Assembly (NCBI GenBank): GCA_977017575.1
Contig: CDRNVI010000164.1
Location: forward strand, 124,001-188,000
Direction of reading: 5' to 3'
Length of the DNA: 64,000 bases
Source of the DNA: Paramoeba atlantica
Taxonomy: Eukaryota > Protista > Discosea
The position numbers and the translations under genes are program-made. Of the stretch, positions 15,812 through 29,962 are shown piece by piece; position 1 is the stretch's first letter; the number at the start of each line of letters is the position of its first letter. A model generated the notes under the pieces. It ran no database searches, was not told the DNA's origin, and was given only the letters and a program-made list of their open reading frames with translations.

Positions 15812-17940
15812 TCATTTCCACAATTGAACTGATTTTTGATCTGGTTCCGAAACTAAAACTGAACCAGATGAATGAACAAAAACCCCAAAAAGATTCTTCA
15901 TCTTCCCAAATCCAAAAGAAAAAAGAAAAGTTCCATCTTTCTCAAACACACTCACTCTCCCATTTCCTCTTTCACCAACAACGATTCGACCATTCCCATC
16001 AACATCAACACTTCTTGGTTTATCCAATTGAGAATCTTTTGATCCTCCTTCTCCAAAAGTTCGAATAAAATTTCCTTCAATTCCCATCACTTGAATTCGA
16101 TGATTCAAAGTATCTGAAATAACAAGATTACCATCTCCATCAACAACTACACCACAAGGACGGTTAAATTGACCTTCAGAAGAACCACGAGTTCCAAAAC
16201 ATCGAATAAAACATCCATCATAACTAAACACTTGAATTCGATTATTCCGAGTGTCAACAACAATAATTCGACCTTCTTCATCAACATCAATCCCACATGG
16301 TCCGTTGAATTGACCAGGTTGAGAACCTTCACATCCAAATGATCTTATCAAACTACCTTCTTTGTTCAACACCATCACTTTCGATTTTGGTTGGTAAAGA
16401 CCAACAATCTCATCATTCAACCCAATTGCAACATCAATAAAAGTTCCATCAACTTTGAGAGTTTGAATCAAAGATCCTTCTTTGTTTCTAATTCCTAACT
16501 TCCTTTCATCATGACCAACAATAAAGTTACCATCAATGTTCTCAACAATTCCCCAAGGTTTGTCATCACAACAAAATGAAGAAATAAATTCCATTCGATC
16601 ACCAATCACTCCTTTCTTTTTTCGATTCAAAAGTGAAACATCAAGTTCATCAATAAGATCATTTGCAATTTGAAGAAAAGTTGAAAAGAGATCTTCATCA
16701 AAAAGAGAATCAGTTGTTGGAGTTTGAGATAATCTAAGAATTGTATCACACCTCATTCTCAAATCAACTTTCTCTAAATCTAAATCTTTTTTCATCACTT
16801 TCTTGTTCATTAATTTCTCTTCTAATTCTTGAATCTCTTGTTTTACTTTTCTTGTTTCCTTTTCAACAAACTCCAATCTCTTTTCCAATCCAACTCCAAT
16901 CTTCAAAATCTCATTCCTCTTTCTCAAAACACTCTTTTCTAACGAATAAACATTCTGTCGATGTTCATTGTGAACCCCAAGAACACAATCCATACAAACA
17001 AAAAGAGAACACTCAAAACAAAACCCACTCAAATTCTCAGATGGGTGAGTTAAACAATGTTTCTTTTTTAAACTTTCTAATCCCTCATCATTCTCATGTT
17101 GTTGGTTTCTTCCTTCTTGTTGTTGGTTTTGTTGGTTTTCACGTTTGTGGTTTCGAGAGAAAGGATTGGAGGAATGAGATTGTTCACAAGAATCACAAAT
17201 GAAAACTTCACATTTAGAACAATACATTGAAGTTCGTTCTCCACACTTTCCGAAATTCGCACATTCTTCCGTTTCATCTGTTTACTTTGTTAATGAGGGG
17301 GTATTTTCTTTGTGTTTGTTGTTTGTTGTTGTTTTGTGGTGGGTGGGTGAGGGTGGGGTGAATTGTTTCATTTGAAAACACACAAGAAAAAGAAAAAGAA
17401 GAAAAAACATGGAGTTGGAGGAATACAAAAAGAAGGAATCTTTGAAGATTCAATCACATCAATCGTTTCAGGAATTAAATAATTGGAATCAAATGATTCA
17501 ATTGTCTCACATCTTCCTCCTCCTTCTCCTTCAATCTCTTTTCGACAAACTGGACAACATCTCTTCTTCTTTCCACCATCACTCAAACAACAACTTGAAC
17601 TTGAAGAAGAAGAAGAAGAACCACCATCACCGCCACCACCATCGCCACCACCATCATCACCACTCTCAGAAGTTGAAGTTGAAGTTGAAGTTTGTTGAGA
17701 GGAGAAGAAGAGTTTGTTGAGACAATCAGAGCAAAAAGAGTGGCCACAAAGTAACGATCTCGGTTCTCTTTCCCATCTCATCATTTCAAAACAAATCAAA
17801 CATTCAAATCCTCTCCTTTCTTCACACTCTTTCCTTTCTGTTTCTTCTTCTTCTTCTTTTCCCTTTTCAATTAACTTCTCTTCCTTGTTTCTCTTTTTCT
17901 CTTCTCCTTGTTCAGTTTTCACTCGTTTCCTCTTTCCCAT
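15812..17940 (-). CDS. TRIM-NHL copy C
   Basis: Same architecture as B; phase-1 intron 17278-17408; both exons open. Confidence 0.93.
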
Positions 17941-18624
17941 TTTTTCACAACACAATTCCCAATTTGAGCGACAACAAACAAGTAAATTGACAAAAAAAGA
18001 AAAAAAATCTTTCAAATCTGAAAAAGAAAGATCAACAAGAGACCAAAGATTAAAAAGAAAAAAGACAAACAATTCGAAAAGAGATGAGAGAAAAGCCAAT
18101 CACACCAAGTTCCTCGTTTTCAAAGGCAAGGACCAAAGGAAAAGAAACAGATGATGCTGGAGAGAGAGAGAGATTGGAATTAGATAATGGGAGAGAAAGA
18201 AAGAAAGAGAATGTCAGTGAGACACAAAAGATTAAAAAAAATAAAGACAAACAATTTGAACAACAACACAATTTGTGAAGGAGAGAAAGAGAGAAGAGAC
18301 CCAAAACACAAAAACCGAAAACGTAAAAAAAGGAGAAAGAAAAAGGAGAAAGTGAAAGTGCTTAATTTGGGGCGCTTTTTTTCATTTCATTTTCATTTTC
18401 ATTTTTTGGTGGAAATTGGAAGAAAGTGATCGACTTTTCTTTCTTTTCTCTTTTATGTTATTTGATTGAAAAGGTGACTGAGAGAAGAAAAAGGTAGGTT
18501 CTTTTTTCATCCTCTCAACGAAAGAGAATTTATTCTATTAATTTATTTTTATTTGAATGAAAGAAAAGAATGTGAACTTTTTCGACTTGAAAAGAGAGAG
18601 AGAGGGTGAGTCAATGGAAAAGCA

Positions 18625-19663
18625 CTATGCAGCAAGAGTCACTGAAGTTGTTGGGACTTTCTGAGAAGAAGACTTATTTTTGGAAAACAAAGTCTTCTTC
18701 ATCTTTTCTTCAAGTTTTTGGTCTTCTTTTGCATCTTCTTTTCCCCACTTTTCAGCATTCCTCATCGCAATAGTTGTTGTAACCCACTCCCATGCCTGAA
18801 ATGAAAATCCATTTCAACATCACCAAAACAAAGAAACAAAGAATCAAAAAACAAAAAACAAAACAAAAACAAAAACAAAACCTCTGGAAGAACTTGAGAA
18901 TGTTCAGCAAGGGTTCCAGTGTGAACACTAATTTGAAGAAGATCTTCTGTAAGATTGGGGAGGAAATTGACTTCTGATATCCTTCAAAACATGAAAAGGT
19001 CGGTCAAACCACAGAAACATTTTTGAAAATCAAAAAACAAAAGACCAAATAAAAAAAAAAGAAAAAGGTAAAACCTCAAATTGTTATTTTACGATATGGG
19101 TTGTCAAGATAACATGAATCACAATCAACCAAAATAGGTTTGTTTGAGAGATCAAGACCAACAAGAATATCTTCAAGACAAAAAAAACCTTGATGATTTT
19201 TACTTTTAAAAGGGAATCGTGATAATAAAAAGAGAAAAGATTCTTTTGGAGAGGAAAAGATTTTTTCCAAAAGGGTTCAAATTCAGAGAGAAAAGAAAAA
19301 GAAAAAGGGGAAAAAAAGGAAACCATAGTCATCCAAATGAAAAATCACTGCATCAGATTGTTCCTTCTCGACCACCAACATGAAAAATTTTTGCAGTCAT
19401 TGTAGCAGAGGTGTATTCTTCATCTCCTGTCCAAAATATTTAGACTCATTTTTTTTGAATATCAGAGAGTCAAAAATCATATTGTTGAGAATATCGATGG
19501 CCAATCACTGCGATTTGGATCTGAAAAGGAAGAAGAATTAAGTTGTGTAAAGATTTTGAAAAAAAGAAAGAAAAAAGAAAAAAAAAAGGAAAAAAAAAAC
19601 CTTCTTATCTCGATATGTTTCTTTCATAACCCTTCCATAAGCATGGCTCATCATGGACCCCAT
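18625..19663 (-). pseudogene. Arf-like pseudogene copy 2 (internal deletions)
   Basis: Exon 1 MGSMMSHAYGR at 19663; IQIAVIGHRYSQ; deletions in exons 2-3; retains LEDILVGLDLSNKPILV and the last exon. Confidence 0.6.
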
Positions 19664-20034
19664 TCTTCTCAAAATACAAAGACAGTTCTTTCGAGAATTG
19701 AACAAAAAAAGAAATCGCAACAAAAAATGAAGAAACAAAGTTTCACAAGTTTGTTGAAATCCGTTTTTGAGAACCAAATTCGAAAAAAAATAGATTCTCT
19801 TCAGTCCAAGTTCGAAAATTAAATTCTCTTTGAAATCTAAAAAATACCAAAATTAAATTCTCAAAAAAAAAATAACAAAAAATAACAAAAGAAAACAAAA
19901 AAAAAAGATAAAAAAATAGAAAAGAGTCAAGAAAGTTAAGAAATGGTTTTTCAAAAAGGGACTGTCAACCTCGAAATTCCTCATTGACTCAATGATTCAA
20001 ACCAAGGAGAAAATGGAGTACAAGCAACAAAAAA

Positions 20035-20420
20035 ATGAAGAGAATGCCAACAATGATTAAAGAGACAAAAAGATCCTTCTATCGCATCCGAAAAGTAATT
20101 CATTCAGCCTTGGAAGTCAAAGTTTTTGGCAGGAAATTGCGTTGTACCTCGATGATGTATTGCATTGCGAAGTGGACTCAAGGAAAGTGGGGGAGAGAGA
20201 AAGAGGGAGAAAGAGTTTCTCAAAAGTGATCAAGATATTCATACATGAAGCAGAGGGGATCTTAACCTTAAAGTCTTTGGAGAGGGGGGTTTAGGGTGGA
20301 GAAGTCTGTTTTTCTGTTTCTTAAAAAAAAGAAGAGCAGTTTGCTTCACACCTCTTCAAAAAAATTAGATTTTGGGTTTTTTTTTATCAAAATGAACAAT
20401 AAAATATCAACCTCTCTTTG
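20035..20420 (+). pseudogene. ORF X relic
   Basis: MKRMPTMIKETKRSFYRIRK..., frameshifted homolog of 2062-2448. Confidence 0.4.
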
Positions 20421-20905
20421 TTAAACGTTCAACATTTGTTCCTTTTTCCAAGAACAGTTCACAAGTTTGTTGAGATCCATTTGGAGAACCAAATTCGAAA
20501 AAAAGAAATTCGCTCCAGTCCTGAAGAGAAAAGAAAAAATATTAAAAAATTAAATTCAAAAAAGAAATTAACAAAATAAAGAAGAATGAAGAACCTATAA
20601 AATAAAGAAAGGAATTCCCAGAATCGTGGTCATATCCACAAGTGAACTGATTTTTGATCTGAATGGTGGTGTATAATATTCACAACTTTTCCACAGAATA
20701 AACTATCATTTTTTACAGCTTGATTTGGATCTGGAAGAAGAGATAAGTTGTGAAATTTTGGAAAGAGAAAGGAACAAACTTTCACCTTTCATTCATGTTC
20801 CCTTTTCTCATTGTCCAATACCAAAAAGAAGAAAAGAAACCAAAAAGAAAATGGTGAATTGGAGTTGGCGGATCAACCTAACTTTGCAAAAGATTGACAA
20901 GAAAT

Positions 20906-20976
20906 GCGCCGGTGGTTCAGTGGTAGAATTCTCGCCTGCCACGCGGGAGGCCCGGGTTCGATTCCCGGCCGGCGCA
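20906..20976 (+). tRNA. tRNA-Gly(GCC)
   Basis: Identical 71-nt gene; oligo-T terminator. Confidence 0.97.
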
Positions 20977-21345
20977 ACTTTTTTTTTCTTCTTCTCAACT
21001 CAACCTTTTTTTTTGTTTTAATTTCATGGTGAAGAAGGGTCCCAATCTAAAAACCAACCTCTCTTTTGGAGATCACCTTTTTGTTCCTGTTCAAATTCCC
21101 TCAGTTGTTGATCTCCATTTTGGAGAACCAAATCGCATGATTCTTGAAAATCAAAAATCAGAGAGAGAGATCAGAAAAAAGAAAGAGAAAGAAAACCACA
21201 CAACCTAAAATTTCCCAGGACTCTCTCCAAAACTTCAAAGGGGCCGGGGTGTTTGCACGAAAAGTTGTTCCAAACAAATTCAACCAAAAAAATAAAAATT
21301 CACCATTTGGATTTCTCATTGAGTTAGAACTTAAGAAGAATCTCA

Positions 21346-23549
21346 TCATTTCCACAATTGAACTGATTTTTGATCTGGTTCTGAAACTAAAACTGAACCA
21401 GATGAATGAATTCCAATCCCAAAAGGATTCTTCATCTTCCCAAATCCAAAAGAAAAAAGAAAAGTTCCATCTTTCTCAAACACACTCACTCTCCCATTTC
21501 CCCAATCACCAACAATAATTCGACCATTCCCATCAACATCAACACCTCTTGGAGTCTTCAATTGAGAATCTTTTGATCCTCTTTCTCCAAAAGTTCAAAT
21601 AAAGTTTCCTTCAATTCCCATCACTTGAATTCGATGATTCCAAGTATCTGAAATAACAAGATTACCATCTCCATCAACAACTACACCACAAGGACGGTTA
21701 AATTGACCTTCAGAAGAACCACGAATCCCAAAACATTGAATAAAACATCCATCATAACTAAACACTTGAATTCGATGATTCTCAGTGTCAACAACAATAA
21801 TTCTACCTTCTTCATCAACATCAATCCCACGTGGTTTGTTGAATTGACCAGGTTGAGAACCTTCACATCCAAATGATCTTATCAAACTACCTTCTTTGTT
21901 CAACACCATCACTTTTGATTGTAGTTGGTAAAGACCAACAATCTCATCATTCAACCCAATTGCAACATCAATAAAAGTTCCATCAACTTTGAGAGTTTGA
22001 ATCAAAGATCCTTCTTTGTTTCTAATTCCTAACTTCCTTTCTTCACAACAAACAATAAAGTTACCATCAATGTTCTCAACAATTCCCCAAGGTTTTTCAT
22101 CACAACAAAATGAAGAAATAAATTCCATTCGATCACCAATCACTCCTTTCTTTTTTCGATTCAAAAGTGAAACATCAAGTTCATCAATAAGATCATTTGC
22201 AATTTGAAGAAATGTTGAAAAGAGATCTTCATCAAAAAGAGAATCAGTTGTTGGAGTTTGAGACAATCTAAGAATTGTATCACACCTCATTCTCAAATCA
22301 ACTTTCTCTAAATCTAAATCTTTCTTCATCACTTTCTTGTTCATTAATTTCTCTTCTAATTCTTGAATCTCTTGTTCTACTTTTCTTGTTTCCTTTTCAA
22401 CAAACTCCAATCTCTTTTCCAATCCAACTCCAATCTTCAAAATCTCATTCCTCTTTCTCAAAACACTCTTTTCTAACGAATAAACATTTTGTTGATGTTC
22501 ACCATGAATTTCAAGAACACAATTCATACAAACAAAAAGAGAACACTCAAAACAAAACCCACTCAAATTCTCAGATGGGTGAGTTAAACAATGTTTCTTC
22601 TTCAAACTTTCTAATCCCCCATCATTCTCATGTTGTTGGTTTCTTCTTCCTTCTTGTTGTTGGTTTTGTTGGTTTTCACGTTTGTGGTTTCGAGAGAAAG
22701 GATTGGAGGAATGAGATTGTTCACAAGAATCACAAATGAAAACTTTGCAGTCAGAACAATACATTGAAGTTTGTTCTCCACACTTTCCGAAATTCGCACA
22801 TTTTTTTGTTTCATCTGTTTACTTTGTTAATGAGGGGGTATTTTCTTTGTGTTTGTTGTTTGTGGAACAATTGTTTTGTGGTGGGGTGAGTGTGAGGTGA
22901 ATTGTTTCATTTGAAAACACAAAGAAAAAGAAAGGAAAGAAAAACATGGAGTTGGAGGAAGACAGAAAGAAGGAATCTTTGAAGATTCAATCACATCAAT
23001 TGTTTCAGGAATTAAATAATTGGAATCAAATGATTCAATTGTCTCACATCTTCCTCCTCCTTCTCCTTCAATCTCTTTTCGACAAACTGGACAACATCTC
23101 TTCTTCTTCCCACCATCACTCAAACAACAACTTGAACTAGAAGAAGAAGAAGAAGAAGAAGAACCATCGACTTGAAGAGGAGAAAGAAAAAGATTGGGAC
23201 CACCATCACCGCTGCCACCACCACCACCACCACCACCATCACCACTCTCAGAAGTTGAAGTTGAAGTTGAAATTTGTTGAGAGGAGAAGAAGAGTTTGTT
23301 GAGACAATCAGAACAAAAAGAGTGGCCACAAGGTAATGATCTCGGTTCTCTTTCCCATCTCATCATTTCAAAACAAATCAAACATTCAAACCCTCTCCTT
23401 TCTTCACACTCTTTCCTTTCTGTTTCTTCTTCTTCTTCTTTTCCTTTTTCAATTAACTTCTCTTCCTTGGTCTTTTCTCCCTCCTTCTCTCCCTTCTTTC
23501 TCTTTTTCTCTTCTCCTTGTTCAGTTTTCACTTGTTTCCTCTTTCCCAT
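21346..23549 (-). pseudogene. TRIM-NHL copy D with a premature stop in the NHL domain
   Basis: GNFI-TGA at 21595-21597 where the other copies have CGA (R); frame otherwise intact to 21346; intron 22815-22945. Confidence 0.88.
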
Positions 23550-23879
23550 TTTTCCACAAGAGTATCCCCAATTTTGGTAACAACAAAAAACAATTCAAAA
23601 CAACAGAAAGAAGAGGAGAAGGTCACCACAAACAACAAACAACAAACAACAAACAACAAACAACAAACAAACAAAAAAGCTAAATTTGGGTCTCTTTTTT
23701 TTCATCTTTCATTTATTTTGGGTTGAAAGAGAGAACATTCATATTCTCTGAATGTTGGTGTGTTGAGTCCTGGAAATGGATCCATTTGAAAAAGAAGAGA
23801 ACTTTCAATTTGAATCTTCAATTATTTGAATGTTGAAAAAGTGAATGGTTTTTACAATCTCAATGTTTTTGTTTTTAAG

Positions 23880-24430
23880 ATTTGATATTTCCATCACCAA
23901 AGGGAAAAACATTTGAGGGGAGATGGGTTTTTTAAGAAGAGAAAGGAGAGTTATCAAGCAGCTGTACAAAGACTCCTCGTCAACCAGATTTGTAAGAGAG
24001 AGGTTTTGAGAGATCACCAAAGTCAAGACAAGAAGAGAAGGAAATCCTTGTGGATGTGTGGTGGCTGGTGAGAGGTGGGAGACATTATTATTGAACCAGG
24101 TCTCCTCCAACAAGGACAACAAGGATTAAAAAGACAAAAAGATCCTCAATCGCATCCGAAAAGCAATTCGTTCAGTCTTGGGAGCTGAAGTTTTTGACAA
24201 GAACCATCCAATCAACATAGTGCAAGAAATTGAGTTGCAGAATTCTGGAGGGAAAGAAGAGTTTTTGATCTTTCAGAGAGGTCGGAGGAGAGAGACTCAG
24301 TATGCAAAAGTGGTGGAGAGAGAGGAAGAGGGAGAAAGTGTTTCTCAAAAGTGATCAAGATATTCATACATGAAGCGGAGGGGATCTTAACCTTAAAGTC
24401 TTTGGGGAGAGGATGGAAGAGGTGTCAGTT
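23880..24430 (+). pseudogene. ORF X relic, long form
   Basis: Translates piecewise to RRVIKQLYKDSSS..KILNRIRKAIRSVLGAEVFDKNHPINIVQEIEL..LIFQRG with stops and frameshifts; boundaries approximate. Confidence 0.4.
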
Positions 24431-25223
24431 TTTCTTGTTTCTTAAAAAAGAAAAGGAGTTTGCTTCACACTTCTTGAAAAAGATTTTAGATTTTGGTTTT
24501 TTTTTATCAAAATGATGAACAATAAAATATCAACCTCTCTTTGTTAAACATTCAACATTTGTTCCTTTTTCCAAGAAAAGTTCACAAGTTTGTTGAGATC
24601 CATTTAGAGAACCAAATTCGAAAAAAAGAGCAGTCCTGAAGAGAAAAGAAAAAAGATTCAAAAAGAAAAATCAGTATATTATTTGTTGAAATAAAGAAAA
24701 GAAAAGAAACCTGATTGGTCTCAAATAAGAAGGAGTCTCATTTCCCCCCCCCCCCAATTTCGAGAAATGAAATTATCTTTGAATTCCTTCTTCAAAAAAT
24801 TAAATTAAATTCAAAAAAAGAAATTAAGAAAATCAAGAAAAAAGAATGAAGAACCAATAAAATTAAGAAAGGAATTCTCAGAATCCAAATCTTCTCATAC
24901 AGGTTGTGAAATCTAAAAAACATCAAAGATCAAAATAACAAAAGAAAAGAAATCATTAAAAGAATAAAGAACAAACAAAAAAGATTTTAAAAAAATAGAA
25001 AAGAAGGAAAGAAAGTTCAAGACAACCTTGATATTTTTAAAACTCAAAGATTCCTTCTCAATAATTTTGCAAAACATCTGCGAGGTGTCGCTCAGCCAGA
25101 GAGAAGAAATATGAGAAAAGATTTCTTTGAACTAAAAAATTTAAAACCAAAAAGAAAATGAAGTGTTGTTGTTGAATTGGATTTGGCGGATCAACCTAAC
25201 TTTGCAAAAGATTGACAAGAAAT

Positions 25224-25294
25224 GCGCCGGTGGTTCAGTGGTAGAATTCTCGCCTGCCACGCGGGAGGCCCGGGTTCGATTCCCGGCCGGCGCA
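25224..25294 (+). tRNA. tRNA-Gly(GCC)
   Basis: Identical 71-nt gene; oligo-T terminator. Confidence 0.97.
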
Positions 25295-26093
25295 ACTTTT
25301 TTTTTTCTTCTTCCCAATTCAACCTTTTTTTTGTGTTTTAATTTTATGGTGAAGAAAGGTCCCAATCTAAAAACCAACCTCTCTTTTGGAGGGCACCTTT
25401 TTGTTCCTTGTTCAAATTCCCTCAGTTGTTGACCTTCATTTTGGATATTTTAGGTTCAACAAAAAGCTCATTTTTTCAAAAAACAGAGATTACCTTTTCT
25501 TTGATCTTTTTCTTTTCGCATCACCAATTCTTTTTGTTCCCAAGAAAAAGGAGTTTACACTTCACACTTCAAAAAAGAAATGAGAAAAAAAAAGTTTTTC
25601 AAAAAGAGAGAATAAAATGAACAACCTCTCTTTGTTTTTGAGAACCAAATTCGAAAAAAAGAGAAAAGAAAAAGGAAAAATATTCAAAAAAAATTGGTAT
25701 CATTTGATGAAATAAAGAAAAGAAGAGAAACCTGATTGCTCTAAAAAGAGAAGTATTTCCAACCAAGTTCAAGAAATTAAATTATCTTTGAAATCTAAAA
25801 AACTTCAAAATTAAATTCAAAATAAAGAACATCAACAGAAAAAAAAATAACAAAAGAAAAGAAAAATAAACAAATAGAAAATTAAAAAAAATAGAAAAAA
25901 GGAAAGAAAGTTTTCAAGACAACCTTGATATTTTCACTTGGAAAACTTTCTCAATAATTCTCCAAAACATCTCCGAGGTGTCACACACCCGAAATGTGAG
26001 AGTTGGAGAGAAAAATTCAACCAAAAAAAGAAAAAAGGTTTGGTTTGGTTAGTGACGAATTTTCTTCGACAGTTTGAAACTCAGGAAGAATGA

Positions 26094-28231
26094 TCATTTC
26101 CACAATTGAACTGATTTTTGATCTGGTTCTGAAACCAAAACTGAACCAGATGAATGTACACCAACCCCAAAAGGATTCTTCATCTTCCCAAATCCAAAAG
26201 AAAAAAGAAAAGTTCCATCTTTCTCAAACACACTCACTCTCCCATTTCCCCAATCACCAACAATAATTCGACCATTCCCATCAACATCAACACCTGTTGG
26301 ATTCTCCAATTGAGAATCTTTTGATCCTCTTTCTCCAAAAGTTCGAATAAAATTTCCTTCAATTCCCATCACTTGAATTCGATGATTCCAATTATCTGAA
26401 ATAACAAGATTACCATCTCCATCAACTACTACACCACAAGGACGGTTAAATTGATCTTCAGAAGAACCCTCAGTCCCAAAACATCGAATAAAACATCCAT
26501 CATAACTAAACACTTGAATTCGATGATTCAGAGTGTCAACAACAATAATTCGACCTTCTTCATCAACATCAATCCCACGTGGTTTGTTGAATTGACCAGG
26601 TTGAGAACCTTTACATCCAAATGATCTTATCAAACTACCTTCTTTGTTCAACACCATCACTTTCGATTCTACTTGGTAAAGACCAACAATCTCATCATTC
26701 AACCCAATTGCAACATCAATAAAAGTTCCATCAACTTTGAGAGTTTGAATCAAAGATCCTTCTTTGTTTCTAATTCCTAACTTCCTTTCATTATGACCAA
26801 CAATAAAGTTACCATCAATGTTCTCAACAATTCCCCAAGGTTTTTCATCACAACAAAATGAAGAAATAAATTCCATTCGATTACCAATCACTCCTTTCTT
26901 TTTTCGATTCAAAAGTGAAACATCAAGTTCATCAATAAGATCATTCGCAATTTGAAGAAAAGTTGAAAAGAGATCTTCATCGAAAAGAGAATCAGTTGTT
27001 GGAGTTTGAGATAATCTAAGAATTGTATCACACCTCATTCTCAAATCAACTTTCTCTAAATCTAAATCTTTCTTCATCACTTTCTTGTTCATTAATTTCT
27101 CTTCTAATTCTTGAATCTCTTGTTTTACTTTTCTTGTTTCCTTTTCAACAAACTCCAATCTCTTTTCCAATCCAACTCCAATCTTCAAAATCTCATTTCT
27201 CTTTCTCAAAACACTCTTTTCTAACGAATAAACATTCTGTTGATGTTCATTGTGAACCCCAAGAACACAATCCATACAAACAAAAAGAGAACACTCAAAA
27301 CAAAACCCACTCAAATTCTCAGATGGGTGAGTTAAACAGTGTTTCTTTTTCAAACTTTCTAATCCCTCATCATTCCCAAGTTGTTGGTTTTGTTGGTTTT
27401 CACGTTTGTGGTTTCGAGAGAAAGGATTGGAGGAATGAGATTGTTCACAAGAATCACAAATGAAAACTTCACATTTAGAACAATACATTGAAGTTCGTTC
27501 TCCACACTTTCTGAAATTCGCACATTCTTTCGTTTCATCTGTTTACTTTGTTAATGAGGGGGTATTTTCTTTGTGTTTGTTGTTTGTTGTTGTTTTGTGG
27601 TGAGGTGAATTGTTTCATTTGAAAACACAAAAGAAAAAGAAAGGAAAGAAAAACATGGAGTTGGAGGAATACAAAAAGAAGGAATCTTTGAAGATTCAAT
27701 CACATCAATCGTTTCAGGAATTAAATAATTGGAATCAAATGATCCAATTGTTTCACATCTTCCTCCTCCTTCTCCTTCAATCTCTTTTCGACAAACTGGA
27801 CAACATCTCTTCTTCTTTCCACCATCACTCAAACAACAACTTGAACTTGAAGAAGAAGAAGAAGAACCACCAACTTGAAGAGGAGAAAGAAAAAGATTGG
27901 GACCACCATCACCATCACCATCACCACTCTCAGAAGTTGAAGTTGAAGTTTGTTGAGAGGAGAAGAAGAGTTTGTTGAGACAATCAGAGCAAAAAGAGTG
28001 GCCACAAGGTAATGATCTCGGTTCTCTTTCCCATCTCATCATTTCAAAACAAATCAAACATTCAAATCCTCTCCTTTCTTCACACTCTTTCCTTTCTGTT
28101 TCTTCTTTTTCTTTTCCCTTTTCAACTAACTTCTCTTCCTTCTTTCTCTTGGTCTTTTCTCCCTTGTTCTCTCCCTTCTTTCTCTTTTTCTCTTCTCCTT
28201 GTTCAGTTTTCACTCGTTTCCTCTTTCCCAT
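26094..28231 (-). CDS. TRIM-NHL copy E
   Basis: Same architecture; intron 27539-27654; open frames. Confidence 0.93.
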
Positions 28232-28945
28232 TTTTTCACAACACAATTCCCAATTTTGGCACACAAACAACCAACACAAAAAATCGAATCCAAGTAAATT
28301 GACAAAAAAAGAAAAAAAATCTTTCAAATCTGAAAAAGAAAGATCAACAAGAGACCAAAGATTAAAAAGAAAAAAAACAAACAATTCAAAAAGAGATGAG
28401 AGAAAAGCCAATCATACCAAGTTCCTCGTTTTCAAAGGTAAGGGGACCAAAGGAAAGAAACAGATGATGCTGGAGAGAGAGAGAGATTGGAATTAGATAA
28501 TGGGGGAGAGAAAAAGAAAGAGAATGTCAGCGAGACCCAAAAGATCAAAAAAAATAAAAGACAAACAATTTGAACAACAACACAATTTGTGAAGGAGAGA
28601 AAGAGAAGAGACCCCAAAACACAAAAACCGAAAAAGGAGAAAGAAAAAGGAGAAAGAAAAAGGAGAAAGTGAAAGTGCTTAATTTGGGGCGCTTTTTTTT
28701 CATTTTCATTTTCATTTTCATTTTTTGGTGGAAATTGGAAGAAAGTGATCGACTTTTCTTTCTTTTCTCTTTTCTGTTGTTTGATTGAAAAGGTGACTGA
28801 GAGAAGAAAAAGGTAGGTTCTTTTTTCATCCTCTCAACGAAAGAGAATTTATTCCATTAATTTATTTTTATTTGAATGAAAGAAAAGAATGTGAACTTTT
28901 TCGAATTGAGAAGAGAGAGAGAGGGTGAGTCAATATGGAAAAGCA

Positions 28946-29962
28946 CTATGCAGCGAGAGCCATTGGAGTTGTTGAGACTTTCTGAGAAGAAGACTTATTT
29001 TTGGAAAACAAAGTCTTCTTCATCTTTTCTTCAAGTTTTTGGTCTTCTTTTGCATCTTCTTTTCCCCACTTTTCAGCATTCCTCATCGCAATAGTTGTTG
29101 TAACCCACTCCCATGCCTGAAATGAAAACCCATTTCAACATCACCAAAACAAAGAAACAAAGAATCAAAAAACAAAAAATAAAAAAAAACCTCTGGAAGA
29201 ACTTGAGAATGTTCAGCAAGGGTTCCAGTGTGAACACTAATTCGAAGAAGATCTTCTGTAAGATTGGGGAGGAAATTGACCTTGGTGATTTTTACTTTTA
29301 AAAGAGAATCGATAAAAAAAGAGAAAGGATTCTTTTGGAGAGGAAAAGAATTTTTCCAAAAGGGTTCAAATTCATCGAGAAGAAAAGAAAAAGGAAAAAA
29401 AGGGAACCATTGTCATCCAAATGAAAAATGACTGCATCAAATTGTTCAATTGCCTTCTGCCAAGAAGAATACACTCCCAAACCTTCTCGACCACCAACAT
29501 GAAAAATTTTTGCAGTCATTGTATCAGAGGTGTATTCTTCATCTCCTCTCCAAAATATTTAGACTCATTTTTATTGAAAAAAAAAAATAAGATCTCAAAA
29601 TAATTTTTTCAAACAAAAATTCAACAATGAAAATTTTAGTCTCTCCCAAAAATTGTTAATATGACAAAAAAAAAAATCAAACCAAAAATGTCCCCTTTCT
29701 CTTCCATTGCCTTTCTCTGTTGGTGTAAGTAAAGGCTGGTCGATTTGTATTTCACAACTCTCCAGAGAGTAAAATATCATATTTTTGAGAATATCAATGG
29801 CCAATCACTGCGATTTGGATCTGAAAAGGAAGAAGAATTAAATTGTGTAAAGATTTTGAAAAAAAGAAAGAAAAAAAAAAAAAAAGGAAAAACAAAAACC
29901 TTCTTATCTCGATATGTTTCTTTCATAACCCTTCCATAAGCATGGCTCATCATGGACCCCAT
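28946..29962 (-). pseudogene. Arf-like pseudogene copy 3; holds the empty site of the DNA transposon
   Basis: Exon 1 ATG at 29962; IQIAVIGH-TGA; intact KIFHVGGREGLGVYSSWQKAIEQFDAVIFHLDDN; a deletion at ~29281 removes the KPILV exon. Confidence 0.6.

Larger units (their letters stand above)
15780..25100. repeat. First copy of a ~10.3 kb higher-order tandem unit (TRIM C - Arf relic - tRNA - TRIM D - ORF X); second copy ~26060-40560 includes the retrotransposon
   Basis: Constant offsets: C/E ATG 17940 vs 28231, tRNA 20906 vs 31207, D/F ATG 23549 vs 33858; D and F RING exons are nearly identical; boundaries approximate. Confidence 0.85.

Noticed and set aside
21595-21597. Alternative genetic code or programmed readthrough at the TGA in copy D
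   Set aside because: TGA terminates the paralogous genes and other ORFs normally, and all other copies have CGA here; a point mutation is simpler.
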